A program made the translations under genes and the position numbers. From positions 640,001 through 704,000 of the forward strand of contig CAXXWQ010000004.1 in NCBI GenBank assembly GCA_963674945.2: 64,000 nucleotides of DNA, written 5' to 3'. Below the pieces are notes generated by a model. The model was not told the DNA's origin and did no database searches. It was given only the letters and a program-made list of their open reading frames with translations. Of this stretch, positions 41,188-51,875 are shown one piece after another. Origin of the DNA: an uncultured Desulfosarcina sp. GTDB lineage: Bacteria > Desulfobacterota > Desulfobacteria > Desulfobacterales > Desulfosarcinaceae. Every line of letters starts with the position of its first letter. Position 1 is the first letter of the stretch.

Positions 41188-43023
41188 TTATCCTCTGCTA
41201 TCTTTCCAATTCGTTTCCGGAGAAAACCGGAGGGCTTGTGCAAACACTTTTGGATATCCCGGAAAACTCGTTAGTTCCACATAATTCACCCGACGGGCGA
41301 TATCCATCGACATACGGCGCTGCGACTTGGATATCAATGCCTGTTTCGCACCCACGCCTGCCGCGTTTCCCACCTGAGAATAACGGTCAAGGTCAAGCGG
41401 TGGCAGCATCCCGATACGGATCGCGCTGGCCACATCAATATAGTTGCCGAAGGCGCCGGCGATGATCACCTCCTCGACGTCTTGCCAATGGACGCCGGCT
41501 TGCTCCAGAAGGATATTCATCCCGGAACCGATGGCACCTTTGGCCAGTTGAATTTCACTCAAGTCCTTGCCGGTAAGCGTGATGTCCTTTCCGGTACCGC
41601 TTTGTTCACCACTGGCAAGGACGAACTCTTTCCCTTTTTCGGAATCACGGATACAGGGATGGGCGTTCATTCTGCCCTTGGCATTGATGATTCCCGTTTC
41701 CAACAATTGCGCTGCTGCATCGAGAATGCCCGAGCCGCACAAACCGATGGGCGGTTTGCCGTCGATGGTCTGCAAGATAACGGAATCGCCGTTGATCTTG
41801 ACCTTTTCGATGGCGCCGGCCATGGCACGCATGCCATTTTTGATATGCGCTCCCTCAAAAGCCGGTCCCGAAGCACAGGAACAGCAGCTTAGCTTCCCAT
41901 TGGCCACCAACGTGATCTCGGTGTTCGTTCCGATGTCGATGCCGATGACGGTTTTGTCGCTGTCGGCGATACCCGTGGCCAGGAGCATGGATACGTGGTC
42001 GGCACCCACGAAACCGGCGATGTTGGGCATCGTGTATACATATGCTCCGGGGGCGACGGCAAGGCCGATATCCCTGGCTTTCGTGTAAAGTGAACCTGAG
42101 GCGATGGGGGTGTACGGCGCCATGATCAACTGTTTAACGGGAAGACCGAGAAAGAGGTGATGCATGGCCGTGTTGCCCACCAGCACCACTTCCACGATAC
42201 TATCCGGGTCCTGGCCCGTATCGGCGCACGCCCCTTTGACGATCTTGTTGATGCCTTCCACCACTACCTTGCGCAGTGTATCCCCATCATTTTCGATGGC
42301 ATAGGAGATACGGCTCACGATATCTTCGCCGTAGGCGATCTGGGGGTTCATCACACCCTTGGCCGTCAGGACTTCTCCCGTCTCCAGGTCGGTCAGGTAC
42401 GCGGCAATGGAGGTCGTTCCCAAATCCACGGCAAGCCCAAGCACCCGATCATCGGCTTTTCCTGCGGAAACCACCTCGTTTCCATGCAGACCGATTTTTG
42501 CATGCCACTCATTGTCCCGCAGGATCGTTGACAATCGACGTTGTGCATAAAGATCTAAACGGATATCTTTTTTGTCGCAATGCGCAGCCAGATAGTCGGC
42601 GATTCTGAGTTGATCCGATCGGTTGTCGTCCTTTCCCGGGCGCGACAGTTGGATATCAACGATCTCGACAACCGGATCGTTCAGAGTACTCTTTTCATCA
42701 CCGACAAGATGTACCCGTTGGGAATCTTCAAGCGACTCCAACGGAACTTCGACCTTGACGTCTCCGTATATCCTGGTCAGGCACGCAAGCCGATATCCTT
42801 GACCGATCTCTTCACCGCTCAAAGACTTCTTTTCTCTTTCGTCCGGGGGCGACACTTCGCCGGACAAGATGCGAACTTTGCATTTGCCGCAAGTCCCTTT
42901 GCCGCCGCAAAGGGACGCCAGGCCTATGCCATAGTCTCGAGCCGCCTGAAATATCGTCGTCTCGTAGTCGGCACTGATCCGCCTGCCGATTGGCTGTAAA
43001 TCGATTCTGCACTTTTCATACAT
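41188..43023 (-). CDS. RACo/RamA-type corrinoid reductive activator
   Basis: Translation identical to 25738-27573. Confidence 0.92.
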   Translation of the reverse strand: MYEKCRIDLQPIGRRISADYETTIFQAARDYGIGLASLCGGKGTCGKCKVRILSGEVSPPDEREKKSLSGEEIGQGYRLACLTRIYGDVKVEVPLESLEDSQRVHLVGDEKSTLNDPVVEIVDIQLSRPGKDDNRSDQLRIADYLAAHCDKKDIRLDLYAQRRLSTILRDNEWHAKIGLHGNEVVSAGKADDRVLGLAVDLGTTSIAAYLTDLETGEVLTAKGVMNPQIAYGEDIVSRISYAIENDGDTLRKVVVEGINKIVKGACADTGQDPDSIVEVVLVGNTAMHHLFLGLPVKQLIMAPYTPIASGSLYTKARDIGLAVAPGAYVYTMPNIAGFVGADHVSMLLATGIADSDKTVIGIDIGTNTEITLVANGKLSCCSCASGPAFEGAHIKNGMRAMAGAIEKVKINGDSVILQTIDGKPPIGLCGSGILDAAAQLLETGIINAKGRMNAHPCIRDSEKGKEFVLASGEQSGTGKDITLTGKDLSEIQLAKGAIGSGMNILLEQAGVHWQDVEEVIIAGAFGNYIDVASAIRIGMLPPLDLDRYSQVGNAAGVGAKQALISKSQRRMSMDIARRVNYVELTSFPGYPKVFAQALRFSPETNWKDSRG

Positions 43024-43162
43024 TGTCAGGTTCCATACTTTGTCATGTTTTTATCGAAAACAAAACGAACGTAAGTTTCGCATCATACGCTGCATCCAAT
43101 ATCCCGTAAATAGCTCAGGTTCACTTTCACACAAAAAAAAGGAATAAAAACGACAATAATTT

Positions 43163-44062
43163 TTAGAAAATCTTAAACAGCGGGTGATCCGGACCGGGTC
43201 GCAGCCCCATGTTCATTCCGCCGTAGGCCAGCATGGCATCCACCGCCCCTGCCGCCGGATAAAACCATTTTGCGTTTCGGGTCGGACCGTAAAAGATGAA
43301 GCTGCCCCCCCAGCAAAGCGGCAATGCGTAAACAACGGATGCGGTGGCTTCGAAGGCCGGTGTGCCGCGGTCACGCAGTTTCTTCCACAGATAAATGGCG
43401 TTCGATGGTGCACAGCCCCACGGCAAACCAAGCTCATTTTTCACCAGCTGGGCGGCCTGGGTGGCCCAACCGACGCTGGGGATATCCAGTATGCCAAGGT
43501 CGATCAGAAAGTTTTCCAGCCCGGCTTTCTTCGCCGCGGGATACATGTTCTCCTTGAGCAGTTTGAACCTGGCTTTCGGCTTGATCGCCTTCGTGGTCAG
43601 GGGAAGAATCACCACGCTCTTGATACCGCATTCGGCGATACACTCCATTTCATCTTCTTTATAGTGCCCCTCCATGGAATTGTAGATCAGACGGGGGATA
43701 AGCTCGCTTCCGGCAAAATGCCGGATGGCCTCCATCCGTGCCTTGGGAAGCGCAGAATCCACCAGGATGGGGGAGGTGGTATTGGCCGCCACCCACTCGA
43801 TATAGTTGATCAATGCCTCACCGGTATCTCCGATGACATCGATGATGCGCGGATTGCCGGTACTCAGCGACAATTCTTCTTCTTTGTCCAGCAATGCCTT
43901 GGCTTTGTCCTTATCGAAGATTCCTTTATCGGTATCCTTGACGATCTTGTGACCGCGGAAGAACATGCTGCCGATCATGACGGAAGGGTTCTCTCCGGGC
44001 TTGCCGCCGACTTTGACGCCGGCGATATCGAATACTTTCTGTTCCGTAGCGAATTCAAACAT
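43163..44062 (-). CDS. MtrH-family methyltransferase
   Basis: Differs from 10066-10965 at only a few residues. Confidence 0.88.
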   Translation of the reverse strand: MFEFATEQKVFDIAGVKVGGKPGENPSVMIGSMFFRGHKIVKDTDKGIFDKDKAKALLDKEEELSLSTGNPRIIDVIGDTGEALINYIEWVAANTTSPILVDSALPKARMEAIRHFAGSELIPRLIYNSMEGHYKEDEMECIAECGIKSVVILPLTTKAIKPKARFKLLKENMYPAAKKAGLENFLIDLGILDIPSVGWATQAAQLVKNELGLPWGCAPSNAIYLWKKLRDRGTPAFEATASVVYALPLCWGGSFIFYGPTRNAKWFYPAAGAVDAMLAYGGMNMGLRPGPDHPLFKIF

Positions 44063-44112
44063 GTAATGGTAACCCCTTTTCTTTATAATTCTCCGAATCG
44101 GTAATGGCCGAC

Positions 44113-44583
44113 CTAATCATCATCGTCCTCGTCTTCATCCATCAATGGCACATTTTCTTCTATCATCTCGTTGATCCATGCCTTGGTATCCTCATCCGCC
44201 CCCTTCTTCAGTGCCTTTACTTCACTGTCATCGGCGGTTTCAACTTCCATCACCCAGCCGTTGCCATACGGATCCATCTGGATGGGATTGGCGTTTCCCT
44301 TGGTAAGGGGCGGATTGATTGCAGCTACGGTCCCACTTACGGGGGCGATGATCTCCCAGACACCCTTGCTGGTTTCCACATGCCCGACTGGCTTCCCCTT
44401 GGTGATTTGCGCACCCTCTTTGGCAACGATCTTGACATGCGCCAATTTTTTTACCGCTTTGACACCAAGGTCTGATATGCCGATTTGAACCTTGTTTCCA
44501 CCCAGGTCCTTGACCCAGATAAACTCTTCCGAATAATATATGTCCTCGGGGAATTTGAGTTCCTTGCCATACATGTTCTTCAT
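44113..44583 (-). CDS. gcvH: GcvH-like lipoyl-carrier protein (type A)
   Basis: VETSKG lipoyl-Lys motif; DPYGNGW; acidic tail; paralog of 9558. Confidence 0.85.
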   Translation of the reverse strand: MKNMYGKELKFPEDIYYSEEFIWVKDLGGNKVQIGISDLGVKAVKKLAHVKIVAKEGAQITKGKPVGHVETSKGVWEIIAPVSGTVAAINPPLTKGNANPIQMDPYGNGWVMEVETADDSEVKALKKGADEDTKAWINEMIEENVPLMDEDEDDDD

Positions 44584-44631
44584 CTGAATTTTTCTCCTTA
44601 ATTATCTAATTATTTTTATTGATGTTATCTA

Positions 44632-44985
44632 TCATTCAGGTGGTTCGATAACCGGTATTAATACCAGGGCAAGGCCGTCTAATGCCTTACTTGGTACCAT
44701 CGTTCCCTCGGCCTTTGCCTGCGACGCATTAATATCACCATTAAGTATTCCGAGGAGTATGTCGCTATTCGCTTCGATAACACTGGTAGCGGCTTCTTCA
44801 TCTATTTTCTCTTCAAGGCTTTCCACGGTGCCGTCCGGGGCCATCTGCATGAACCAGCCCGTGTTCAGGTCAGGCACTTTGAAAAGAATGCTTCCACCCC
44901 AGTCGTCCACTACGTCCGGTCCGATATCATTGAGCCTCTCAACCGCTTGGTCCAATCGTTTCTGCAATGCTTCCTTGTCTGCCAT
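44632..44985 (-). CDS. SCP2 sterol/lipid-binding domain protein
   Basis: Paralog of 9174; ILNGDINASQAKAEG. Confidence 0.7.
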   Translation of the reverse strand: MADKEALQKRLDQAVERLNDIGPDVVDDWGGSILFKVPDLNTGWFMQMAPDGTVESLEEKIDEEAATSVIEANSDILLGILNGDINASQAKAEGTMVPSKALDGLALVLIPVIEPPE

Positions 44986-45004
44986 TTCACTCTCCTTCCA
45001 GCTT

Positions 45005-46222
45005 TCATTTAAGTTTGCCGTGGTTTCTGGCCGCCGATACGGCAGCAGAAAAATTCTCCGGTGGGGTTAAGTAGTCAACAGCTGCAATTCCGATGGAAAA
45101 TTTATTGTACGACTTTCCATAGTTGCACAGTTTTTCTACCTCTTCTTCAATTACCGAGGCTGGCCCGTTGGAAAGAATCGCATCGGATAGTGCACAGCAG
45201 CAGTATACATCATTTTCCCGGGAGCAATCGACTGCTTTTCTATAGTCCATTTCGGCGCAGAACCATCCTTGTAAACTGCCGGGTCCAACCGCCCTTTGTG
45301 CACGCATCTCCGGAAACCAATCAAGAGCTCCTTCATACGTCATTGCGTACCAACACGGTAATTTTGATCCAAGCACTTTTCCTAATCTCTCGTAATAACT
45401 AAGTATCCATTCATTTCCCTTTAGTGGGGCAAATCCGATTTGGCTGCATAGGATCAGGCAGTCCGCACCTGCCTCAATCGCGGCCAGACCCGTCTTTATC
45501 GTCCATTCTGTGGCCAGATTCATACTACGTTGGCATAATTCGGAGTCCTTGCGCAAAGCCCTCATATATCCGGTCCATCCCATCATGAACATACCGACGG
45601 TTCCCAAGGGGTCGTTGCCAATACATACCGACAAAGGCATGATTTTGTCGAGTTCTTGGTCTACCAATAGGCGCTTGATTTCTCGGCAAGCCCAGAGATA
45701 ACCGGTGTATAGGCCCGTATGACAGGGATCGGGAATATCGAACCCTTCCAGATCCGCAAGTGACTTGATTGGAAACCCCTTGACCTGAGCCGGATTGCCG
45801 TAATCCACCATCTGTGCATCCGCTCCCCAAATTTCCTGCGTATAGCTGATGGGGTAAAGGATGGGAAGATCGAGTCCATACTTTGCTACCGTGGCCAGAT
45901 GAGCCTTGACCAACAGTTTCGGATCTCTACAAACATCTCCGGGTTTCCAGCGCTGTCCATGCGGGTCCAACGTACGAACAGCATATGGATTAAAGTAGTA
46001 GGACTCGAGAAACAGCCGATCTTTTTCCCTGCCTTTCAATGTGGCATGCAGTCTCTCAAAAGAAGTAAGCGTATCTCCCGAGTCTTCGATATTGCGATGA
46101 ATTTGCTGGCAGTACCCTCTCAGTTCTCGTTGTTCCGCCTCTGACCATGAAAAATCCAGCTCATCCAGCGGTATACCATACCAATATGGGGCGCCTGCCA
46201 GCGTTCCATGTTTTAGCGTCAA
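45005..46222 (-). CDS. UROD/MtaA-fold methyltransferase (Cys form; start uncertain)
   Basis: GAPYWYG..TSFERL..KDR; GYLWA; ADCLILCSQ; TPPENF. Confidence 0.82.
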   Translation of the reverse strand: MTLKHGTLAGAPYWYGIPLDELDFSWSEAEQRELRGYCQQIHRNIEDSGDTLTSFERLHATLKGREKDRLFLESYYFNPYAVRTLDPHGQRWKPGDVCRDPKLLVKAHLATVAKYGLDLPILYPISYTQEIWGADAQMVDYGNPAQVKGFPIKSLADLEGFDIPDPCHTGLYTGYLWACREIKRLLVDQELDKIMPLSVCIGNDPLGTVGMFMMGWTGYMRALRKDSELCQRSMNLATEWTIKTGLAAIEAGADCLILCSQIGFAPLKGNEWILSYYERLGKVLGSKLPCWYAMTYEGALDWFPEMRAQRAVGPGSLQGWFCAEMDYRKAVDCSRENDVYCCCALSDAILSNGPASVIEEEVEKLCNYGKSYNKFSIGIAAVDYLTPPENFSAAVSAARNHGKLK

Positions 46223-46247
46223 ACCGTACGAAGTGTCTTTCCGGTTA

Positions 46248-46937
46248 CTATTTGTTTCTCTCGATCCACCGGGCCATCTTGCCGTCCAAGATCGCCTTGA
46301 CCTTTTCCAGTGCATCGAAGGCACTCTCGCCAAAGGTATCGGCGCCGACTTCGTCACACCACTCAGGCGTCATGCCCCAGCCGCCGGTGATAAAGATCAC
46401 GTCGTCCCTGACGCCGGCTTCGACCATGGCCTTGTGGATGACACCGCAATACGGCGTAACCGGTCCGATGATGGCAGAGGCGCCCACGATATCGGGCTTG
46501 TACTTCTTGATCGCTGCAACAAAATTATCGGCCGACACGTTCTCTCCGATGTCGATGGCCTTGATGCCTGCACCGGAAAAGAAGGCGGAGACGATTCTTT
46601 TGCCGACGTTGTGAAGATCACCTTCCACTGTGCCGATGATCATCACCTTATCCTCCGGCTTCCGATTCATGATGGAGGCTTCGACATCCGCTGTCGGCAG
46701 CAACTTCTCCATGGCGTCGTTCATGATCTGTCCCGAGATCATCAGGTCGCTCATGAACCGGTCATTGGCCTCGTACTCATCGCCAATGATGGTCAAGCCG
46801 GGACTCAACCCCTTAACAATGACGTCCAGGGCAGGAATTTTGGCATCCATGCATTCCTGAACCAACTGGGCGACCAAATCATCATCCAGATCGATAATCG
46901 CCTCTTTTAATTTTTCCAGTATTTCGTCGTTCGCCAT
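46248..46937 (-). CDS. Methyltransferase cognate corrinoid protein
   Basis: GTVEGDLHNVGK. Confidence 0.92.
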   Translation of the reverse strand: MANDEILEKLKEAIIDLDDDLVAQLVQECMDAKIPALDVIVKGLSPGLTIIGDEYEANDRFMSDLMISGQIMNDAMEKLLPTADVEASIMNRKPEDKVMIIGTVEGDLHNVGKRIVSAFFSGAGIKAIDIGENVSADNFVAAIKKYKPDIVGASAIIGPVTPYCGVIHKAMVEAGVRDDVIFITGGWGMTPEWCDEVGADTFGESAFDALEKVKAILDGKMARWIERNK

Positions 46938-46994
46938 TTGGACCAGCCTCCTTTACTTGCACGAAAAAGTTTATGTGCCAATTGAACCCATTAC

Positions 46995-48248
46995 CTACTC
47001 ATATCTACCGTATTTTTTAAGCGCGGCGACTCCGATATCAATGTTCTCTGCAGTCGTCCAGTATGTCGGTTTAAATGACGGACCGAACTTGGGCTTGTTC
47101 TTATGGCGCATCACCTGCGTCTTTATCGCTTCTTCGATCTCGCTCGGGGAGCCGAACTCGATGATGTGGTCGTCGATGGTGTAGCTCATGTACAGTTCAT
47201 GATCATGGTGCCAGTCCGCAGCATAATCCAGGTCCACTGCGCCGCTTCCGCCGGTTCCGCCGTTGAAGGTCTTTCCGATCGGTCCTAAGCCCCCATGCTC
47301 ATACATCACTTCAAACCACTCCTGTGCCTTGCCCAGGTACGCATATCCATAGCCCATGGAAAGTTCTTTGTTCAATTTGTCCTTACTGTACTGACAGATG
47401 GTTTCGCCAACGATTCTGAAGTGATCAGCAATCCAGATGTTTTTGTCGTTTCCCAACGGGAAACCGCCATCCTGACTTCACATCGTTATCCCATCGGGTT
47501 GGGCCTCCTCTATCATCGCCTTGCCGAAGCTGCAAAGCCATTGTACGGCGATTTCGCTGCACGCCTTGACAAGGTCCGGTTTCTTGCGAAGACCGATACT
47601 GAACTCGGTCCAGCCCATCATCCCCATCATCACCATCAGTGGTGGTCCGGGGCAAATCGATGTCCATACCGGAATGGGAAGCTTGTATTTCTCAACGATC
47701 CGCCTGTATTCCCGGCAAGCCCAAAGATAACCCGGATACAGCCCGTCTTTCCGGGCATCGGGCAGCGGCATGCCTTCCAGGTCTTCCATGCTCTGGATGG
47801 GAGGTTTGCCTTTGATAATCGGGTTGCCGTACTCGATCATCGATGACAGGCCGCCCCACATATCCTCGCCGTAATTGATGTTGTGGATGCAGCTGTAATC
47901 GAGACCGAACCGTGCCATCATCGACAAGTGGGCCTTTACATACAGCTTGGGAAATTGGTACACGTCGATCGGCTTGTAGGCATCGGCGGAGTGATCCAGC
48001 ATCTTCACCGTATATGGGTTGTTATGCGGTATTCCCATGAACATACGGTCTTTGTCCTTGCCCCACATGGCAGCCTGAAAGCGCTCCAGCGGGGTCATGC
48101 CCCCCTCTTCCTCGATATTCTTGAGGATCTTCTCACAAATGCGCTCTATTTCCCGTGTCTCTTCGGGAGACCACTCAAAATCAAGTTTATCGAGCGGTGT
48201 GTTGTACCAGTAAGGCGCATTTTCAAGTGGCTGTCTTCCTTTAAACAT
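46995..48248 (-). CDS. UROD/MtaA-fold methyltransferase, candidate selenoprotein (TGA 47480-47478, codon 257)
   Basis: PDGITM*SQDGGFPLGND in frame, 417 aa joined; hairpin GTTTCCC-GTT-GGGAAAC downstream. Confidence 0.85.
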
Positions 48249-48416
48249 AGCCAGTTGCCTCCTTGTGTACTACCTGTTTCTTAAATTACCGTGCCGGCAA
48301 AACCACGAAACCGATCGCGTGAAATAGCCATTTTCGCTCTATTTACCCCCTCCCCGATTCGGTTTCGTGGCTGATGCCACACAGAGCAAATAATCAAGGC
48401 TGCCAGTGTAACCCTT

Positions 48417-49067
48417 CTACCCCCTGGCGGCTACGATCGCCTTGACTTTCTCGATGGCTTCATTGGCGGTGTCGCCATAGGCATCGGCGCAAACCTTGTC
48501 GCACCACTCCTGCGTCATGCCCCAGCCACCGATGATGTATATCACCTGGTCCCTGATGCCCGCTTCCACCAGCGCATCATGAATCACCTTGCAGTACGGC
48601 TTCTGGGGGCCTAAAATCGCAGAAGCGCCAACGACCTTGGCATTGTACTCCTTGGCCGCCGCGACAAAGGCATCCGCCGTCTGGTTCTCACCGATGTCGA
48701 TCACATTGTAACCGGCCGCGGTAAACACCGAGGCCACGACACGCTTGCCCACGCAGTGCTCGTCGCCTTCCACCGTGCCGATCACCATGTTCTGGCCCAC
48801 ACCCGTGGATCCTTTTTCCATCACCGGCTTCAACCTGGTGATCACATCGTTTAACAGCTCGCCGGCCAGAACCAGGTCGCTGGTGAATCGCGTATGGGCA
48901 TCGAAGCCCTCACCGATGATGGTCAGACCCGGTTGAAGCCCTTCGATGATGATCTCCATGGGATCCATGCCCGCCTCCAACGCTTCGTCGACCAGATCCA
49001 TTACATCGTCGTCTTCGATCTCAACGGTGGCTTCCGTTAATTTCTTAAGGATTTCCTCTTTAGACAT
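48417..49067 (-). CDS. Methyltransferase cognate corrinoid protein
   Basis: GTVEGDEHCVGK. Confidence 0.92.
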   Translation of the reverse strand: MSKEEILKKLTEATVEIEDDDVMDLVDEALEAGMDPMEIIIEGLQPGLTIIGEGFDAHTRFTSDLVLAGELLNDVITRLKPVMEKGSTGVGQNMVIGTVEGDEHCVGKRVVASVFTAAGYNVIDIGENQTADAFVAAAKEYNAKVVGASAILGPQKPYCKVIHDALVEAGIRDQVIYIIGGWGMTQEWCDKVCADAYGDTANEAIEKVKAIVAARG

Positions 49068-49109
49068 TCGCTCTTTTCTCCTTACTATTGGGTATAGACT
49101 TGAGAATGG

Positions 49110-50357
49110 TTAGAACCTTGCCATTTTCTTGGTCATATCAAACAGCTTGTCCACATACTCCATGGGAGTCCAGTAGTCGAGAACACCGAGGGCCTGGAAG
49201 TGCTTGGGATATTTCTTGGCTTCGGCAACGCGCACTTTCAGTTCCGCTTCCACGGCGTCAAAATCGCCATCCAGAACGATATGGTCATCCACACTGCACC
49301 CGCAGTACAAATCCTTTTCCCTGGCATAGGCATGGATAAAGGCGGGATCCATCTCAGGGCCGACCCACCAGCCGTCGAAACTGCCCGGACCGACAGCGCC
49401 ATGGGGATAGTAATGCTCCTGCCAGTGTTCCCATCCGTTTGCGCCCAGGGTATGCCACATGGGAATATCCTTGCCCAGATGAGACTTGATCGTCTTTCCC
49501 ACGTCCGCATACACATCCATGATGAACGTATTGTCCAGTTTTTTCGTCTTCGGAGGAAATGATCCCATGAAAGAGCACATGTACAATCCATCCGGGCCGG
49601 TCTCCTTGCACGCCTTGCCGAATGCCTTCTGGAACTCCGCCGCCTTCCACATGCACGCCTGGAACAGCTCGGGATTTTTCTTCATCATCACCGTGCCGGG
49701 ACCAAAACCGGTCATGCCCAAAAACATGGTGCCCAAAGGATCTCCGCAGAACGACAGCTCCACAGGCAACTTATCGGCAACACCGTATCTTTTCATGATC
49801 GTTTTTATCTCTTTGGCCGCCCAGAGGTATCCGGGATACAGGCTGTGCTTCTTCGGATCGGCCGGCAATACGCTCTCCAAATCCTCCATCGTCTTGATCG
49901 GCGGCTCGCCCACCATCTGCGGGGTCCCGTAGTCGATCATCCGCCCGTTGCCGCCCCAGCACTCTTCCGTATAGTGGATCACGTAAATGTTGATGATATC
50001 CAGCTTGAAACGCGCGGCCATGGCCAGATGACCCATGATGTGAAGCTTGGGCCGCTGATATAAGTCACCGGGCTTTATGGCGTCCGCCCAGGAATCAAGA
50101 CAGCGAACGGCATACGGGACATTGTACTTGCATTCGATGTGAAGACGGTCCTTGTCTTTCTTCTCGAAGGTAGCCCGAAATCGCTCCATCGGCGTCATCT
50201 CTTCCTCTTCACAGTTCTCGCCGATCTTTTCGCACAACCGCTTGAGGATCAGTTCCTCCTCCACACTCCACTCAAAATGCTGATCCTCCAGCGGTACGCC
50301 GTACCAGTCGGATGGAGCATTTTCCATGTGTCCAATTTTTACCTGTGGTTCCGCCAT
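49110..50357 (-). CDS. UROD/MtaA-fold methyltransferase (Cys form)
   Basis: MTPMERFRA..KDR; FCGDP; PDGLYMCSF; DYWTP. Confidence 0.85.
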   Translation of the reverse strand: MAEPQVKIGHMENAPSDWYGVPLEDQHFEWSVEEELILKRLCEKIGENCEEEEMTPMERFRATFEKKDKDRLHIECKYNVPYAVRCLDSWADAIKPGDLYQRPKLHIMGHLAMAARFKLDIINIYVIHYTEECWGGNGRMIDYGTPQMVGEPPIKTMEDLESVLPADPKKHSLYPGYLWAAKEIKTIMKRYGVADKLPVELSFCGDPLGTMFLGMTGFGPGTVMMKKNPELFQACMWKAAEFQKAFGKACKETGPDGLYMCSFMGSFPPKTKKLDNTFIMDVYADVGKTIKSHLGKDIPMWHTLGANGWEHWQEHYYPHGAVGPGSFDGWWVGPEMDPAFIHAYAREKDLYCGCSVDDHIVLDGDFDAVEAELKVRVAEAKKYPKHFQALGVLDYWTPMEYVDKLFDMTKKMARF

Positions 50358-50453
50358 TATGAGTTCCTCCTATTTTTAGGTGATCGTATCTCAGCCTACT
50401 TCCTATATCGTTTATGCAGTTGTATGGCATAGGGTCAATGCAGAACCCATTAC

Positions 50454-51707
50454 CTACTCATATCTACCGTATTTTTTAAGCGCGGCGACTCCGATATCAA
50501 TGTTCTCTGCAGTCGTCCAGTATGTCGGTTTAAATGACGGACCGAACTTGGGCTTGTTCTTATGGCGCATCACCTGCGTCTTTATCGCTTCTTCGATCTC
50601 GCTCGGGGAGCCGAACTCGATGATGTGGTCGTCGATGGTGTAGCTCATGTACAGTTCATGATCATGGTGCCAGTCCGCAGCATAATCCAGGTCCACTGCG
50701 CCGCTTCCGCCGGTTCCGCCGTTGAAGGTCTTTCCGATCGGTCCTAAGCCCCCATGCTCATACATCACTTCAAACCACTCCTGTGCCTTGCCCAGGTACG
50801 CATATCCATAGCCCATGGAAAGTTCTTTGTTCAATTTGTCCTTACTGTACTGACAGATGGTTTCGCCAACGATTCTGAAGTGATCAGCAATCCAGATGTT
50901 TTTGTCGTTTCCCAACGGGAAACCGCCATCCTGACTTCACATCGTTATCCCATCGGGTTGGGCCTCCTCTATCATCGCCTTGCCGAAGCTGCAAAGCCAT
51001 TGTACGGCGATTTCGCTGCACGCCTTGACAAGGTCCGGTTTCTTGCGAAGACCGATACTGAACTCGGTCCAGCCCATCATCCCCATCATCACCATCAGTG
51101 GTGGTCCGGGGCAAATCGATGTCCATACCGGAATGGGAAGCTTGTATTTCTCAACGATCCGCCTGTATTCCCGGCAAGCCCAAAGATAACCCGGATACAG
51201 CCCGTCTTTCCGGGCATCGGGCAGCGGCATGCCTTCCAGGTCTTCCATGCTCTGGATGGGAGGTTTGCCTTTGATAATCGGGTTGCCGTACTCGATCATC
51301 GATGACAGGCCGCCCCACATATCCTCGCCGTAATTGATGTTGTGGATGCAGCTGTAATCGAGACCGAACCGTGCCATCATCGACAAGTGGGCCTTTACAT
51401 ACAGCTTGGGAAATTGGTACACGTCGATCGGCTTGTAGGCATCGGCGGAGTGATCCAGCATCTTCACCGTATATGGGTTGTTATGCGGTATTCCCATGAA
51501 CATACGGTCTTTGTCCTTGCCCCACATGGCAGCCTGAAAGCGCTCCAGCGGGGTCATGCCCCCCTCTTCCTCGATATTCTTGAGGATCTTCTCACAAATG
51601 CGCTCTATTTCCCGTGTCTCTTCGGGAGACCACTCAAAATCAAGTTTATCGAGCGGTGTGTTGTACCAGTAAGGCGCATTTTCAAGTGGCTGTCTTCCTT
51701 TAAACAT
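50454..51707 (-). CDS. Candidate Sec methyltransferase, duplicate copy (TGA 50939-50937)
   Basis: Identical to 46995-48248. Confidence 0.82.
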
Positions 51708-51875
51708 AGCCAGTTGCCTCCTTGTGTACTACCTGTTTCTTAAATTACCGTGCCGGCAAAACCACGAAACCGATCGCGTGAAATAGCCATTTTCGCTCTA
51801 TTTACCCCCTCCCCGATTCGGTTTCGTGGCTGATGCCACACAGAGCAAATAATCAAGGCTGCCAGTGTAACCCTT

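Noticed and set aside
40187..41284. Long antisense ORFs (e.g. 5005-6012, 9120-10037, 40187-41284, 43184-44104, 56142-57122)
   Set aside because: Shadows of well-supported genes on the opposite strand with no recognisable motifs
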